Made by a program: the position numbers and the translations under genes
Part shown: in pieces, positions 8,813 to 18,100 of the stretch
Layout of the letters: each line of letters begins with the position of its first letter
Numbering within the stretch: the stretch's first letter is position 1
Origin: a virus
Taxonomy: Duplodnaviria > Caudoviricetes
IMG/VR virus record: IMGVR_UViG_3300043410_000251
Span: 1-52,384 of that record
Length of the DNA stretch: 52,384 nt
Direction: 5' to 3' (one strand)
Notes under the pieces: model-generated
Told to the model about the DNA's origin: nothing
The model's input: the letters and a program-made list of their open reading frames with translations, nothing else
Database searches by the model: none

Positions 8813-10360
8813 GTGGAAGTAGTAGACAACAGAGCACTTTTGTTGCGCGTACGCGACGGCTACCGGATCACCAACGTGATTCCAAAGAGCCGCATTATCA
8901 AAGAACATCCAGACCACCACGAGGTGTTGGTGCACTGGGGCTTGGAAGAAGTAAAGGTTCTGCGCAATCTCAAGATCAGTGGCGCGCCCTCACCCATCGA
9001 GGGGCAGTATGCGTGGAACGGAATGTACAAACCGTTCGATCACCAGAAGACCACGGCTTCTTTCCTGACACTTAACCGCAAGGCTTTCTGTTTCAACGAG
9101 CAAGGCACTGGCAAGACCGGCTCTGTTATCTGGGCAGCAGACTACCTCATGAAGATGAAGCTTGTGCGTAGGGTGCTTGTGATTTGCCCACTGTCCATCA
9201 TGGACTCAGCCTGGAGAGCAGACCTGTTTAAGTTTGCTATGCACCGCACAGTAGACATCGCTCATGGTGCCCGCGAGAAGCGTAAAGAAATTATCAACGG
9301 CAGTGCTGAGTTTGTGGTCATCAACTTTGATGGTGTAGAGATTGTTGCAGATGACATCGCCAAAGCTGGCTTTGATCTGATCGTGGTGGACGAAGCCAAC
9401 GCATACAAGAACCCACAGACAAAACGTTGGAAGGTGTTGGCCAACATCGTCAAGCCCGACACGTGGCTCTGGATGCTCACCGGTACACCGGCATCTCAGT
9501 CTCCAGTAGATGCGTTTGGTCTTGCTAAGCTTGTCAGCCCCGAGCGTGTACCCAAGTACATGGGTGCATTCAGAGACAGTGTGATGCATAAGGTCACGCA
9601 GTTTAGATGGGTTGTGAAACCTAATGCGGAAACCATTGTTCATGAAGCCTTACAACCCGCCATTCGTTTTACCAAGGAGCAGTGCTTGGACTTACCAGAG
9701 ATGACCTACGTGACGCGTGATGTACCGCTCACAGCACAACAACAGAAGTACTACGACCTGATGCGTAAAGAGATGCTTGTCACTGCAGCCGGCGAGCAGA
9801 TCACCACAATCAACGCGGCAGCCAACCTGAACAAACTGTTGCAGCTCTCTGGCGGTGCGGTGTACTCAGACACTGGCGAAGTTGTTGAGTTTGATGCAAG
9901 CAACCGCTTGAATGTTTTACGAGAAGTTATCGATGAGGCCAGTCACAAAGTACTGGTGTTCGTCCCCTACAGACATGCTATTCAAGTTGTCTCTGACGAG
10001 TTGAGTAAGCATTACACAGTTGACGTTATTCATGGAGGAGTCACAGCAAGAAAGCGCACAGAAATATTCAACAGATTTCAAACAGAGAAAGATCCACGCA
10101 TCTTGGTTATACAGCCACAAGCTGCAAGCCATGGTGTAACACTCCACGCAGCCGACACCATCGTCTACTGGAGTCCAGTAATGTCCGTAGAGACATACCT
10201 GCAAGCAAACGCACGCGTGCACCGTGCGGGTCAGAAGAATCCAAGCACAGTCTTTCACCTGCAAGGCAGCCAAGTAGAACGTAAGATTTACAAGATGCTC
10301 CAAGAGAAGGTGGACATCCATACAAAGATGACCGATCTATACGGGGAAATACTGAGTTAA
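8813..10360 (+). CDS. SNF2-type superfamily 2 helicase
   Basis: EQGTGKT, VICPLS, IVVDEAN, LTGTP, HGVTL, QANARVHRAGQ; GTG start with GGAG RBS. Confidence 0.92.
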   Translation: MEVVDNRALLLRVRDGYRITNVIPKSRIIKEHPDHHEVLVHWGLEEVKVLRNLKISGAPSPIEGQYAWNGMYKPFDHQKTTASFLTLNRKAFCFNEQGTGKTGSVIWAADYLMKMKLVRRVLVICPLSIMDSAWRADLFKFAMHRTVDIAHGAREKRKEIINGSAEFVVINFDGVEIVADDIAKAGFDLIVVDEANAYKNPQTKRWKVLANIVKPDTWLWMLTGTPASQSPVDAFGLAKLVSPERVPKYMGAFRDSVMHKVTQFRWVVKPNAETIVHEALQPAIRFTKEQCLDLPEMTYVTRDVPLTAQQQKYYDLMRKEMLVTAAGEQITTINAAANLNKLLQLSGGAVYSDTGEVVEFDASNRLNVLREVIDEASHKVLVFVPYRHAIQVVSDELSKHYTVDVIHGGVTARKRTEIFNRFQTEKDPRILVIQPQAASHGVTLHAADTIVYWSPVMSVETYLQANARVHRAGQKNPSTVFHLQGSQVERKIYKMLQEKVDIHTKMTDLYGEILS

Positions 10361-10367
10361 ATAATTC

Positions 10368-10395
10368 TTGACAATGTTAAGTTTGTGATTACAAT
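10368..10395 (+). promoter_or_regulatory. sigma70-type promoter TTGACA-16nt-TACAAT
   Basis: Consensus -35 and near-consensus -10 in the intergenic gap before the 10419 gene. Confidence 0.7.
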
Positions 10396-10418
10396 AGAGC
10401 GCACAAGGAGAAAATAAT

Positions 10419-10811
10419 ATGGACTACCCAACTGAAAAAGTAATCGCCGCATATATCAATTTGCGCGACGCTATCGCTGAGAAGCGTAAGCAACAAGAGG
10501 CAGAGATCCTGCATATGGAAGAGCAACTCGACATGCTCAACCAAGTGCTGTTGGCTCGCTGTGAAGAAGCCGGTGGAAACATTTCCGTCCCAGGAATTGG
10601 ACGTGTTAACCGCCGTGTTGATCATCAGTACTGGACTGACAACTGGCCTGCTTTCTACGAAATGATCAAGGAGCATGATGCATTCCATCTGCTACACAAG
10701 CGCCTGTCTATGAAGGCAGTGCGTGAGTTTCTTGAAGACAATCCTGACGCAACCCCACCTGGTCTGCATTCGGACAGCAAGTACGTGGTCACAGTGACCC
10801 GTGCATCTTAA
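10419..10811 (+). CDS. conserved phage replication-module protein
   Basis: AAGGAG RBS; coiled coil followed by NWPAFYEMI...LLHKRL...PPGL; lies upstream of the putative SSB. Confidence 0.7.
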   Translation: MDYPTEKVIAAYINLRDAIAEKRKQQEAEILHMEEQLDMLNQVLLARCEEAGGNISVPGIGRVNRRVDHQYWTDNWPAFYEMIKEHDAFHLLHKRLSMKAVREFLEDNPDATPPGLHSDSKYVVTVTRAS

Positions 10812-10831
10812 TTTTTAACCGGAGAAAATAA

Positions 10832-11713
10832 ATGACTGACGTAACTTTGTTTAAGGGCGGCATCCCCGCTCACTTGAAAAACGCTGAGCTCGATGCAGCA
10901 ACACTTGCCCTGATGGGTAACCAACCTGTTAAGGGACAATCAAACGCTAAGCGTATCTCTATCAAGGGTGGTGTGTGGCGTATGGTGGTGGACGGACAAG
11001 AAGTCGCTACCAACGAAGAGCGTGGCATGAACGTTGTGATCGTAGCTGCTGCGGCCAGTGAGTCACGCAAGTTCTATGCAGGTGCTTACGAAGAAGGTCA
11101 AGGTGCAAAAGCTCCCGACTGCTGGAGCACACTGGGTGACGTGCCTGATCCCCGCGCTAAGTCCCCACAATCAAACCGTTGCATGACCTGCCCACAGAAC
11201 ATTAAAGGTTCTTCTGGCCGTGGCGATGCACGTGCTTGCAAGTTTGAGCGTCGCCTTGCTGTGGTGCTTGAGAATGACCAACGCGGTGAGATCTTCCAGA
11301 TCGTTATCCCATCAAGCAGCTTGTGGAATTCTGACAACGGTAAGCTTGGCATCAAACCTTATGCAGCTTTCTTGGGCAGCCACGGCTTGAACGTGACGCA
11401 AGTTGTGACTGAGATGCGTTTTGATACAGCCGCCTCTGGTCAGAAGATTAACTTCAAGGCGGTTCGTCCTCTCGAGCCAGAAGAGATCGAGTTGATCCGC
11501 AGCTTGGCTAAGCACCCTGATGCCTTGCGTGCTATCGGCTCTACAACTGCCGAGATGGATGGTGCTGTGGCCGCCCCTGCACCTGCTGCCCCTGCCCCTG
11601 CGATTGAAGCACCTAAAGCTGCTGAGCCTGTGAAAGAGCCAGTCAAGCGTGAGAAGCCACAAGCGGCTGCTCCCAAGGATGTTTCGTCTATCTTGGACGA
11701 TTGGGCACAGTAA
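10832..11713 (+). CDS. putative single-stranded DNA-binding / annealing protein
   Basis: RISIKGG, PDCWS, C..CPQN, RAC..RRLAV; Ala/Pro linker and acidic-aromatic tail (ILDDWAQ); function inferred from context. Confidence 0.55.
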   Translation: MTDVTLFKGGIPAHLKNAELDAATLALMGNQPVKGQSNAKRISIKGGVWRMVVDGQEVATNEERGMNVVIVAAAASESRKFYAGAYEEGQGAKAPDCWSTLGDVPDPRAKSPQSNRCMTCPQNIKGSSGRGDARACKFERRLAVVLENDQRGEIFQIVIPSSSLWNSDNGKLGIKPYAAFLGSHGLNVTQVVTEMRFDTAASGQKINFKAVRPLEPEEIELIRSLAKHPDALRAIGSTTAEMDGAVAAPAPAAPAPAIEAPKAAEPVKEPVKREKPQAAAPKDVSSILDDWAQ

Positions 11714-11720
11714 AAAGTTC

Positions 11721-11813
11721 GGAGTGAGGATGTGCGTCGGGTTAGCGCCGGCGCGTCCCATTAACCGGGAGGACGCTAATTGAACACTGCTTTATGTGAG
11801 CCGTCCTCACTCC
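11721..11813 (+). ncRNA. candidate structured RNA with possible pseudoknot
   Basis: 12-bp closing stem 11721-32/11802-13; inner 8-bp stem 11733-40/11748-55; loop TTAGCG complementary to CGCTAA at 11774-79. Confidence 0.5.
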
Positions 11814-11826
11814 ACCTTTACATACC

Positions 11827-12054
11827 ATGTACGGATATACCCTTTCACTCATTGAAGCGAACAAACGCGCTTCTCGATTTAAGCTTGGTGTCAAACTAGG
11901 ACGCGCTTGCATTGCAGCGAACGTGCCTGTGTCTGATGTTGCGAATCACTTTGGCGTATCGCGCCAAACTATTTACTCCTGGTTTTATGGCCGGAGTGAG
12001 CCACACTGGCGGCATGAGCACGCCATTGAACAGTACATAGAAAAACTGGCGTAA
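11827..12054 (+). CDS. Cro/C1-type HTH regulator
   Basis: VSDVANHFGVSRQTIYSWFYGRSEP. Confidence 0.85.
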   Translation: MYGYTLSLIEANKRASRFKLGVKLGRACIAANVPVSDVANHFGVSRQTIYSWFYGRSEPHWRHEHAIEQYIEKLA

Positions 12055-12089
12055 GCCGCACAATAACGCTGTTTTAGAAATGTGAGTGT

Positions 12090-14912
12090 ATGACCTCAAG
12101 GAATCTCTTTCTCTCCACGGTGCTGCCGACAGAAGGCATCTACTGTGTGGTGGGATTAAAAAAGGGAACCTCGAAGCAGGAATTTGTTGGATCGGTCCCA
12201 GAGCTTACTGAGCTTGTAGGGCATCTAGTTGAACAGGGGTATGACGCATACTTTGGATGCGCCAAGTTCGAGACGGATGAAGCACGGACAACGAAGAACG
12301 CTAAGTGGTTCAAATCATTTTGGCTAGATTTAGACTGTGGAGAAGGAAAGAAATATGAATCTCAAGCGCAAGCGATAACTGCCCTACGTGAGTTCTGCAA
12401 AGACACGGGGCTACCCAAACCAATCATCGTTAACTCAGGCCGAGGCGTACATACATACTGGGCGTTAGAGAATGCGATTGGTTATAACGAATGGAAACCT
12501 GTTGCCGAGTCGTTGAAGAAACTGTGCGTGACGCACAACCTACATGCAGATCCTGTTGTCACTGCGGATGCAGCACGCATCTTGCGAGTACCTGATACCT
12601 TGAACTTCAAGAACGAAGAGTCACCGTATCCAGTTGAAATTATGTCGATGTCGCAGCCGGTGGAGTTTGCGGCATTCAAGGACAAAGTTGGTGTAGACAT
12701 GATGGCCACACTGGCCGCGTCACCCAAGCGTCCGCTTGATGAGACCACATTGGCGTTGCTAGGCAACCGTGTGTCTAAGTTTTCCACCATCATGATCAAG
12801 GGCAAAGAGGGTAAAGGTTGTGCGCAGCTTACTCATATTTACGTCAACCAGAAAACCATTGAGGAACCTCTATGGAGATCCGGTCTTTCTATTGCTCAAT
12901 TCTGTGAAGATCGGGACACGGCGATACACCGCCTTTCAAGTAAGCATGATGGCTACTCACCTGCGGGTACTGAAGAGAAGGCCGCACTTATCAAGGGGCC
13001 ACATACTTGCGCCACGTTTGAAAAGACAAATCCTGTTGGATGTGATGGGTGCCCACACAAAGGCAAGATCTCTTCCCCAATTCAGCTTGGTTCTGAAATC
13101 GCCAAGGCAACTGCTGAAGACAATATTGTCGTTATCAAGAATGAAACTTTGGGGCAAGAGGTCACAGTCGAGATTCCAGAATACCCATTCCCTTACTTCC
13201 GCGGCAGGAACGGCGGTGTCTACCGCAAGGCAAACAAGGGTGATGCCGAAGAGGGCTCGGATGAACCGGCAGAAGATATTCTGGTCTACGAACACGACCT
13301 CTATGTGGTCAAACGATTAGAAGACCCTGAGTTGGGTGAGATGGTGTGGATGCGTCTGCACCTGCCAAGAGATGGCATACGTGAGTTCTCTATTCCTCTG
13401 GCCAGTGTACTGGCTAAGGACAAGTTAAGAGATGTGATCGCGTCTAAGGGCGTGGCGGCATTGAACAAACAGATGGACAGCATCATGGCTTATATGACAC
13501 GTTGGGTAAAGGAATTACAACTTATGACAAATGCAGAGAAGTCCCGCCTCCAGTTTGGTTGGACAGCAGACAATACGTTTGTGGTGGGAGACCGCGAGAT
13601 CAAAGTGGGGGAGACAATTTACAGCCCACCATCTTCATCCACTGCCAATCTGGTGCCAGCCTACGCTAAGAAAGGTGCATTAGAAAACTGGAAGCGTGTG
13701 GCCAACTGGTATGCGCGCCCAGGCATGGAGGCTCGTGCATTCAATCTGTTTGCAGGCTTTGGTACACCGCTCTTGAAGTTCACCAATCTTAAAGGTGTGC
13801 AGATTCACCTGACAGATGATGGCTCAGGCACTGGTAAGACTACGATCCAGATGATGATCAACAGTATCTTTGGTCACCCATCAGAGACCATGATGCTCGA
13901 GCAGGACACGTTCAAATCTAAGATGCACCGCATGGGTACGATCCAGAACATGCCTGCAACGATTGATGAGATCACCAACATGCACAATGATGAAGTCAGT
14001 AACTTGGCTTACATCAGTACACAAGGCCGTGGCCGTAACCGCATGATGTCGCAGTCTAATTCTGAGCGTCTGAACAATACCTCGTGGGCTCTGATCTTGT
14101 GGACCTCTGGTAACCGCAGTGTGCACGATGTGCTGTACAGCATGAAGACTTTTCCCGATGGCGAGTTGGCTCGTGTGGTGGAGATCAATGTGCCCCGCGA
14201 TACAAGCATGACCAAGGAAGAAACCGACGAGCTGTACAACCTGATGTTTGAGAACTACGGCGTAGCAGGCGAAGTCTATATGCAGTATGTGGTGGCTCAC
14301 CTCGATGCCATCAAAGAAAAGATCAAAGAAGTCCAGGCGAAGTTTGATGCCGATGCCGGCTTGACTCAGCGTGAACGCTTTTACTCTGCACTTGCAGCTG
14401 TGGCTGTTGTAGGCGGCATGATCGCTAAGCGCCTTGGCTTGCATGATATTGAGACCGGTTCTGTCTATCAGTGGGCAGTGCAGTACTTCTCTAACACCAA
14501 GTCTGCGGTCAAGCCTACGGCATCCGGCCCTCTAGATCAGATCGGTAGCTACCTCAACGAGTTCAACCAGTCTGTGCTTGTGGTCAAGAGCGAGGTGGAC
14601 AGCCGTACAAACATGGAGCAGGCTCCGATGCAAATGCCGCATAGAGAGCTGCTAGTACGCTACGAGCCTGACACCCATCTGTTGTTCCTGACCACAAAGC
14701 ATTTCCGTGACTGGTGTACAAAGCACCAGACTTCTTACAAGTCAATCAGCGAAGCGTTGGAAAAGGACGGCGTTGCGCAGCTTGGGGTTAAGAAACGTCT
14801 GGCTCGTGGTACAAAGCTGAATACCCCTGCGGTGAACACCATGGTGCTCGATACCCGCAAGATCGATGGCTTTGATATGCAGGAGTTCATGCCAGATGGA
14901 AATAAAGAATGA
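12090..14912 (+). CDS. primase-helicase (RepB/AEP-like primase + DUF927 + P-loop helicase)
   Basis: WLDLDCG, NSGRGVHTYW, ARILRVP, CDGCPH, GSGTGKTT, TIDEIT. Confidence 0.88.
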   Translation: MTSRNLFLSTVLPTEGIYCVVGLKKGTSKQEFVGSVPELTELVGHLVEQGYDAYFGCAKFETDEARTTKNAKWFKSFWLDLDCGEGKKYESQAQAITALREFCKDTGLPKPIIVNSGRGVHTYWALENAIGYNEWKPVAESLKKLCVTHNLHADPVVTADAARILRVPDTLNFKNEESPYPVEIMSMSQPVEFAAFKDKVGVDMMATLAASPKRPLDETTLALLGNRVSKFSTIMIKGKEGKGCAQLTHIYVNQKTIEEPLWRSGLSIAQFCEDRDTAIHRLSSKHDGYSPAGTEEKAALIKGPHTCATFEKTNPVGCDGCPHKGKISSPIQLGSEIAKATAEDNIVVIKNETLGQEVTVEIPEYPFPYFRGRNGGVYRKANKGDAEEGSDEPAEDILVYEHDLYVVKRLEDPELGEMVWMRLHLPRDGIREFSIPLASVLAKDKLRDVIASKGVAALNKQMDSIMAYMTRWVKELQLMTNAEKSRLQFGWTADNTFVVGDREIKVGETIYSPPSSSTANLVPAYAKKGALENWKRVANWYARPGMEARAFNLFAGFGTPLLKFTNLKGVQIHLTDDGSGTGKTTIQMMINSIFGHPSETMMLEQDTFKSKMHRMGTIQNMPATIDEITNMHNDEVSNLAYISTQGRGRNRMMSQSNSERLNNTSWALILWTSGNRSVHDVLYSMKTFPDGELARVVEINVPRDTSMTKEETDELYNLMFENYGVAGEVYMQYVVAHLDAIKEKIKEVQAKFDADAGLTQRERFYSALAAVAVVGGMIAKRLGLHDIETGSVYQWAVQYFSNTKSAVKPTASGPLDQIGSYLNEFNQSVLVVKSEVDSRTNMEQAPMQMPHRELLVRYEPDTHLLFLTTKHFRDWCTKHQTSYKSISEALEKDGVAQLGVKKRLARGTKLNTPAVNTMVLDTRKIDGFDMQEFMPDGNKE

Positions 14913-15120
14913 GGGCGCGGAAGTCCACATTGAGTGGCACCTGCTAACCCCAGGTGCTTCTTTCTTCATTCCCGCTATACAGACAACCCAGTTGGCCCGT
15001 GCAGTACGCAAGGCGGCTACCAGGCGGGGGATCCGCCTGACCCACAGGGTTTGTGTAGATAAGGGTTTTTACGGAGTTAGGTTTTGGAGAATCGCAACGG
15101 ATGTGTTACATTCCGACTAA
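14896..15120 (+). CDS. small conserved hypothetical protein
   Basis: W..L.PG.SFFIP...GVRFWR pattern; ORF 14866..15120, ATG at 14896 after AGGAG. Confidence 0.65.
   Translation: MEIKNEGAEVHIEWHLLTPGASFFIPAIQTTQLARAVRKAATRRGIRLTHRVCVDKGFYGVRFWRIATDVLHSD
15084..15112 (+). promoter_or_regulatory. putative sigma70 promoter (TTGGAG-17nt-TACATT, extended -10 TG at 15104-05)
   Basis: Seen in the sequence; would drive a transcript from about 15119 to the terminator. Confidence 0.4.
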
Positions 15121-15188
15121 CGTATGTAGTTCATGCGTTTTTCTCCTTCCTAAGTTGGTTTGCGCCCCTACCCCGGGGCGCTTTTTTT
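15119..15188 (+). ncRNA. candidate anti-Shine-Dalgarno small RNA
   Basis: Contains TAGTTCATGCGTTTTTCTCCTT, complementary to AAGGAGAAAA..ATGAACTA-type initiation regions; flanked by a putative promoter and an intrinsic terminator. Confidence 0.4.
15162..15188 (+). terminator. intrinsic terminator ending the replication arm
   Basis: GCGCCCC-TACCCC-GGGGCGC followed by T7. Confidence 0.85.
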
Positions 15189-18100
15189 CACCGTTCAATA
15201 CCGGCTTTTTCCAACACTAGGTAACCCTTCTTAGCCACCTGATCGTATTGATCCATCAGCTTATTGATTTGAGCTTGACGGGCATCAGGATCCATATCGT
15301 TTTGCGCCTTTAAGTAGTTAACTCGTTTGCGAATCAAGTTCATCTGATTCTGCAAGTTACGCAGGACTGGGGCAGCGGCATACCGTTTTTTGTTTTCCTC
15401 ATCAGCCATGTAAGTCTGGGCTTCTTCTTTTCTGCCCTGGCTCACCAAACGGTTGAATTGGTTAACAACTTCTTGAGATGTATGTGTGATCTCGTAGAAG
15501 TCCGTAGCTGCACTGCTGGTGTTGGGGTTGGTCATGAACGACTTGAAGAACGGCTGCTCTTCAATGTTCTTAGTAGGTGGCACCTTGCCGTTAGCTTCTG
15601 CAATCATCGAGCTTGCTACACCCATGGTGAATGTACCCAACTCAGCAAAGTAAGCTTGTGTCAGATGGTCAATCATTGCGGGTGACAGACCTGCTTTGTC
15701 TAAGCCCATGGCGCTGAGTGCTTTAGCAGCCTCACCTGCGTTAGGACCACGACTTGCAACAGGTAGTGCCTGGTCACTCATACCCTCGATAGGACGGCGT
15801 GAGTAGAACGAGTAGTTTGTTACAGCTTCCAAGATTGGCTTAGCGCCCTGGGGAATAATGATGCCTTCACCAGGCAGGTTATGGCGGATACCGTCAACAA
15901 CCGAGTGCAGGTATTCCTTACCCGTGCTAGTGCCGGACATGTAACGCACGGAAGCTTCTGGCAACGTCTTGAAGAAAAAACCAACTTCAAACGGCACAGG
16001 GACTTTGATGAACGACTTGCCGTCAGTTCCCCATGGGTTAGGCATGAGCCAGTTGTTATCCTTAACGTTGTCGGGCAGCTTTTTGTACTCATCATCGTCT
16101 TGCAGTGACATGGCGTACAGCGTAGAGAGCACCACCATAATAGCGGCTCGGCTCATGAACAAACGTTGAGCCTCTGCCTTTTCTTCTGGGTTCAAACCAT
16201 AACCTGTAGCTGCGCGGTAAAGCGTGTCCATACTGGTGATGGAAGCAGAGAAGAACGGGATCATGTGACGCAAAGCATGCAGAGTCTTAGAGTTACCATG
16301 CACAGAGAAGTTGATAGACTCACGGGCACGGAACGCGCCATAGTCGTTAGCCTCATCCACACTCATACCTTGCTTGAGACCTTGGTCTCTGGCTTTCTTA
16401 AAGATGGCCACGCGGGTTGCAGCATCAGACGCTTCGTGAGCTTGCATAACTTTATGCAGCATCTTATCGAGCACAGTCTGGTTAAGCTTCTGGGTACCGG
16501 CTTGCTTCAAGAACTGATGGATATCAATCGTTGAGTCCACCTGACCGATGACACCACGAGAAGCCAAGAACTTAGCTTCAGCAGAATTATTGGCCAAGAT
16601 CTTTGCGTATTCGGCAACGGCATGGAACGGAGTCACGATGCCAGAGTTAGCCACCATCGTTGCATGCAAGGGGTCACGAATCAACTGCTTGATCCAGTAC
16701 ATTGGGTTGAGCAGTGCAGTAGTACGCAGGACTTGTGTCGTAGCAGACAGGGCCTTGAGCAAAGGACCCATCTCATAGTTCATGATTTGGAACGCGGCCA
16801 GATCGTTGGGGTTGTCCAAGATAACGGACACATAACCGTTTGCATCGGCGTTAGGATCTGTTGGATCGCGATAACGCAGGTTCACATCAGGATCAGTTGG
16901 CTTGGCTGCAATCTTGGCAGCCCCCAAAGCTTTGAGTTGGCCGACAGCAACCTTACGAGTCTGGTTTTGATAAGCAGCAGCGATCATGGAGGCATAGTGC
17001 TTGTCCATGTTCTCCCAGATGTTACGTTGCAACTCACTGCCTGACAAATGCTCGAGTTCACGAACAGTCTTAGTGCCACCAGCTTTGCCTGTGTAGCCTT
17101 CTTGTTTCAAGGGAGCCAGGTCTTCACGAGCCGCATAGAGAGGTACATAAGACTTCATGCTGCGGTAGTAAGCAGCCTGTGCAGGGGACAAGAGCCCTGC
17201 GTTCTCCCACAGATCGATCAGGCTGTTTGTGGTCTTGCCCCAAATGTCAAAGACTTCTTGCATCTCTGGCACGGCTTGCATCTGCTGCTCAGCCCAGTTG
17301 ATATGGGCTTGCGTTACTTGACGCTCACGATTGACATGCAAGTCTTCGCGGTAACGGGCACGAATAGCTTTAGCCTCGTTGACCAACTTCATAACTACAT
17401 TGAGCGGGGCATTAGCTGCCTTGGCTTGCTTAGCTTGCTGAATCTTGCTCTTAGCAACAGCCAGCATTTGTGCGGCTTTGGCACGGCGCTGTGCGTCGAT
17501 CTTTAAGATTTCTTTACCGCGCAGGATACGAGCGACTTCACCCACAAACTCACGGCCTGTCATGCCGGAACCCTGCACCACTGCGTTCTTATCAAGGTTG
17601 TCGGCCACCAACTGCGACCGCGCTAGGTTAGCCGGATCTTGTTGGATGATGATAGTACCGTCGTTGTTAACAACGGGAATTCCTGACTGCAAACCATTTT
17701 TGATCAGGTTGATCACTTGGTTGAACGAGCGGATCAACATGTCTGCGCGAAGCTGACCGTTCTGGAATACAGGCAAACTCTTCAGGGTCTGCGCCAAACC
17801 AGACGTAGGATCCACGGCTGCAATACGGAAGCGTGTCCAGAAGTCGTTATCGTTCCAGTTCTTCTGTACTTTACCCACCACAGTCTTAACTTGCTGAGCA
17901 GTTGTCTGAGGTGCCTGGAGCTTAGTCAGCTTAGGCAACGTATACGGTTGTCCAGGTGCGGGGACATTGACCGGCCCTGCTGTGGCTTGGATCGGACCGC
18001 GGGTAGCGGTACTGCTTTGAATCGGACCCAACGAGGTGTTGAGCAGCTGTTCAGACAAATAAATAACTTGAGACAGAGCAGTCTCTGTTCTGGGTGACAA

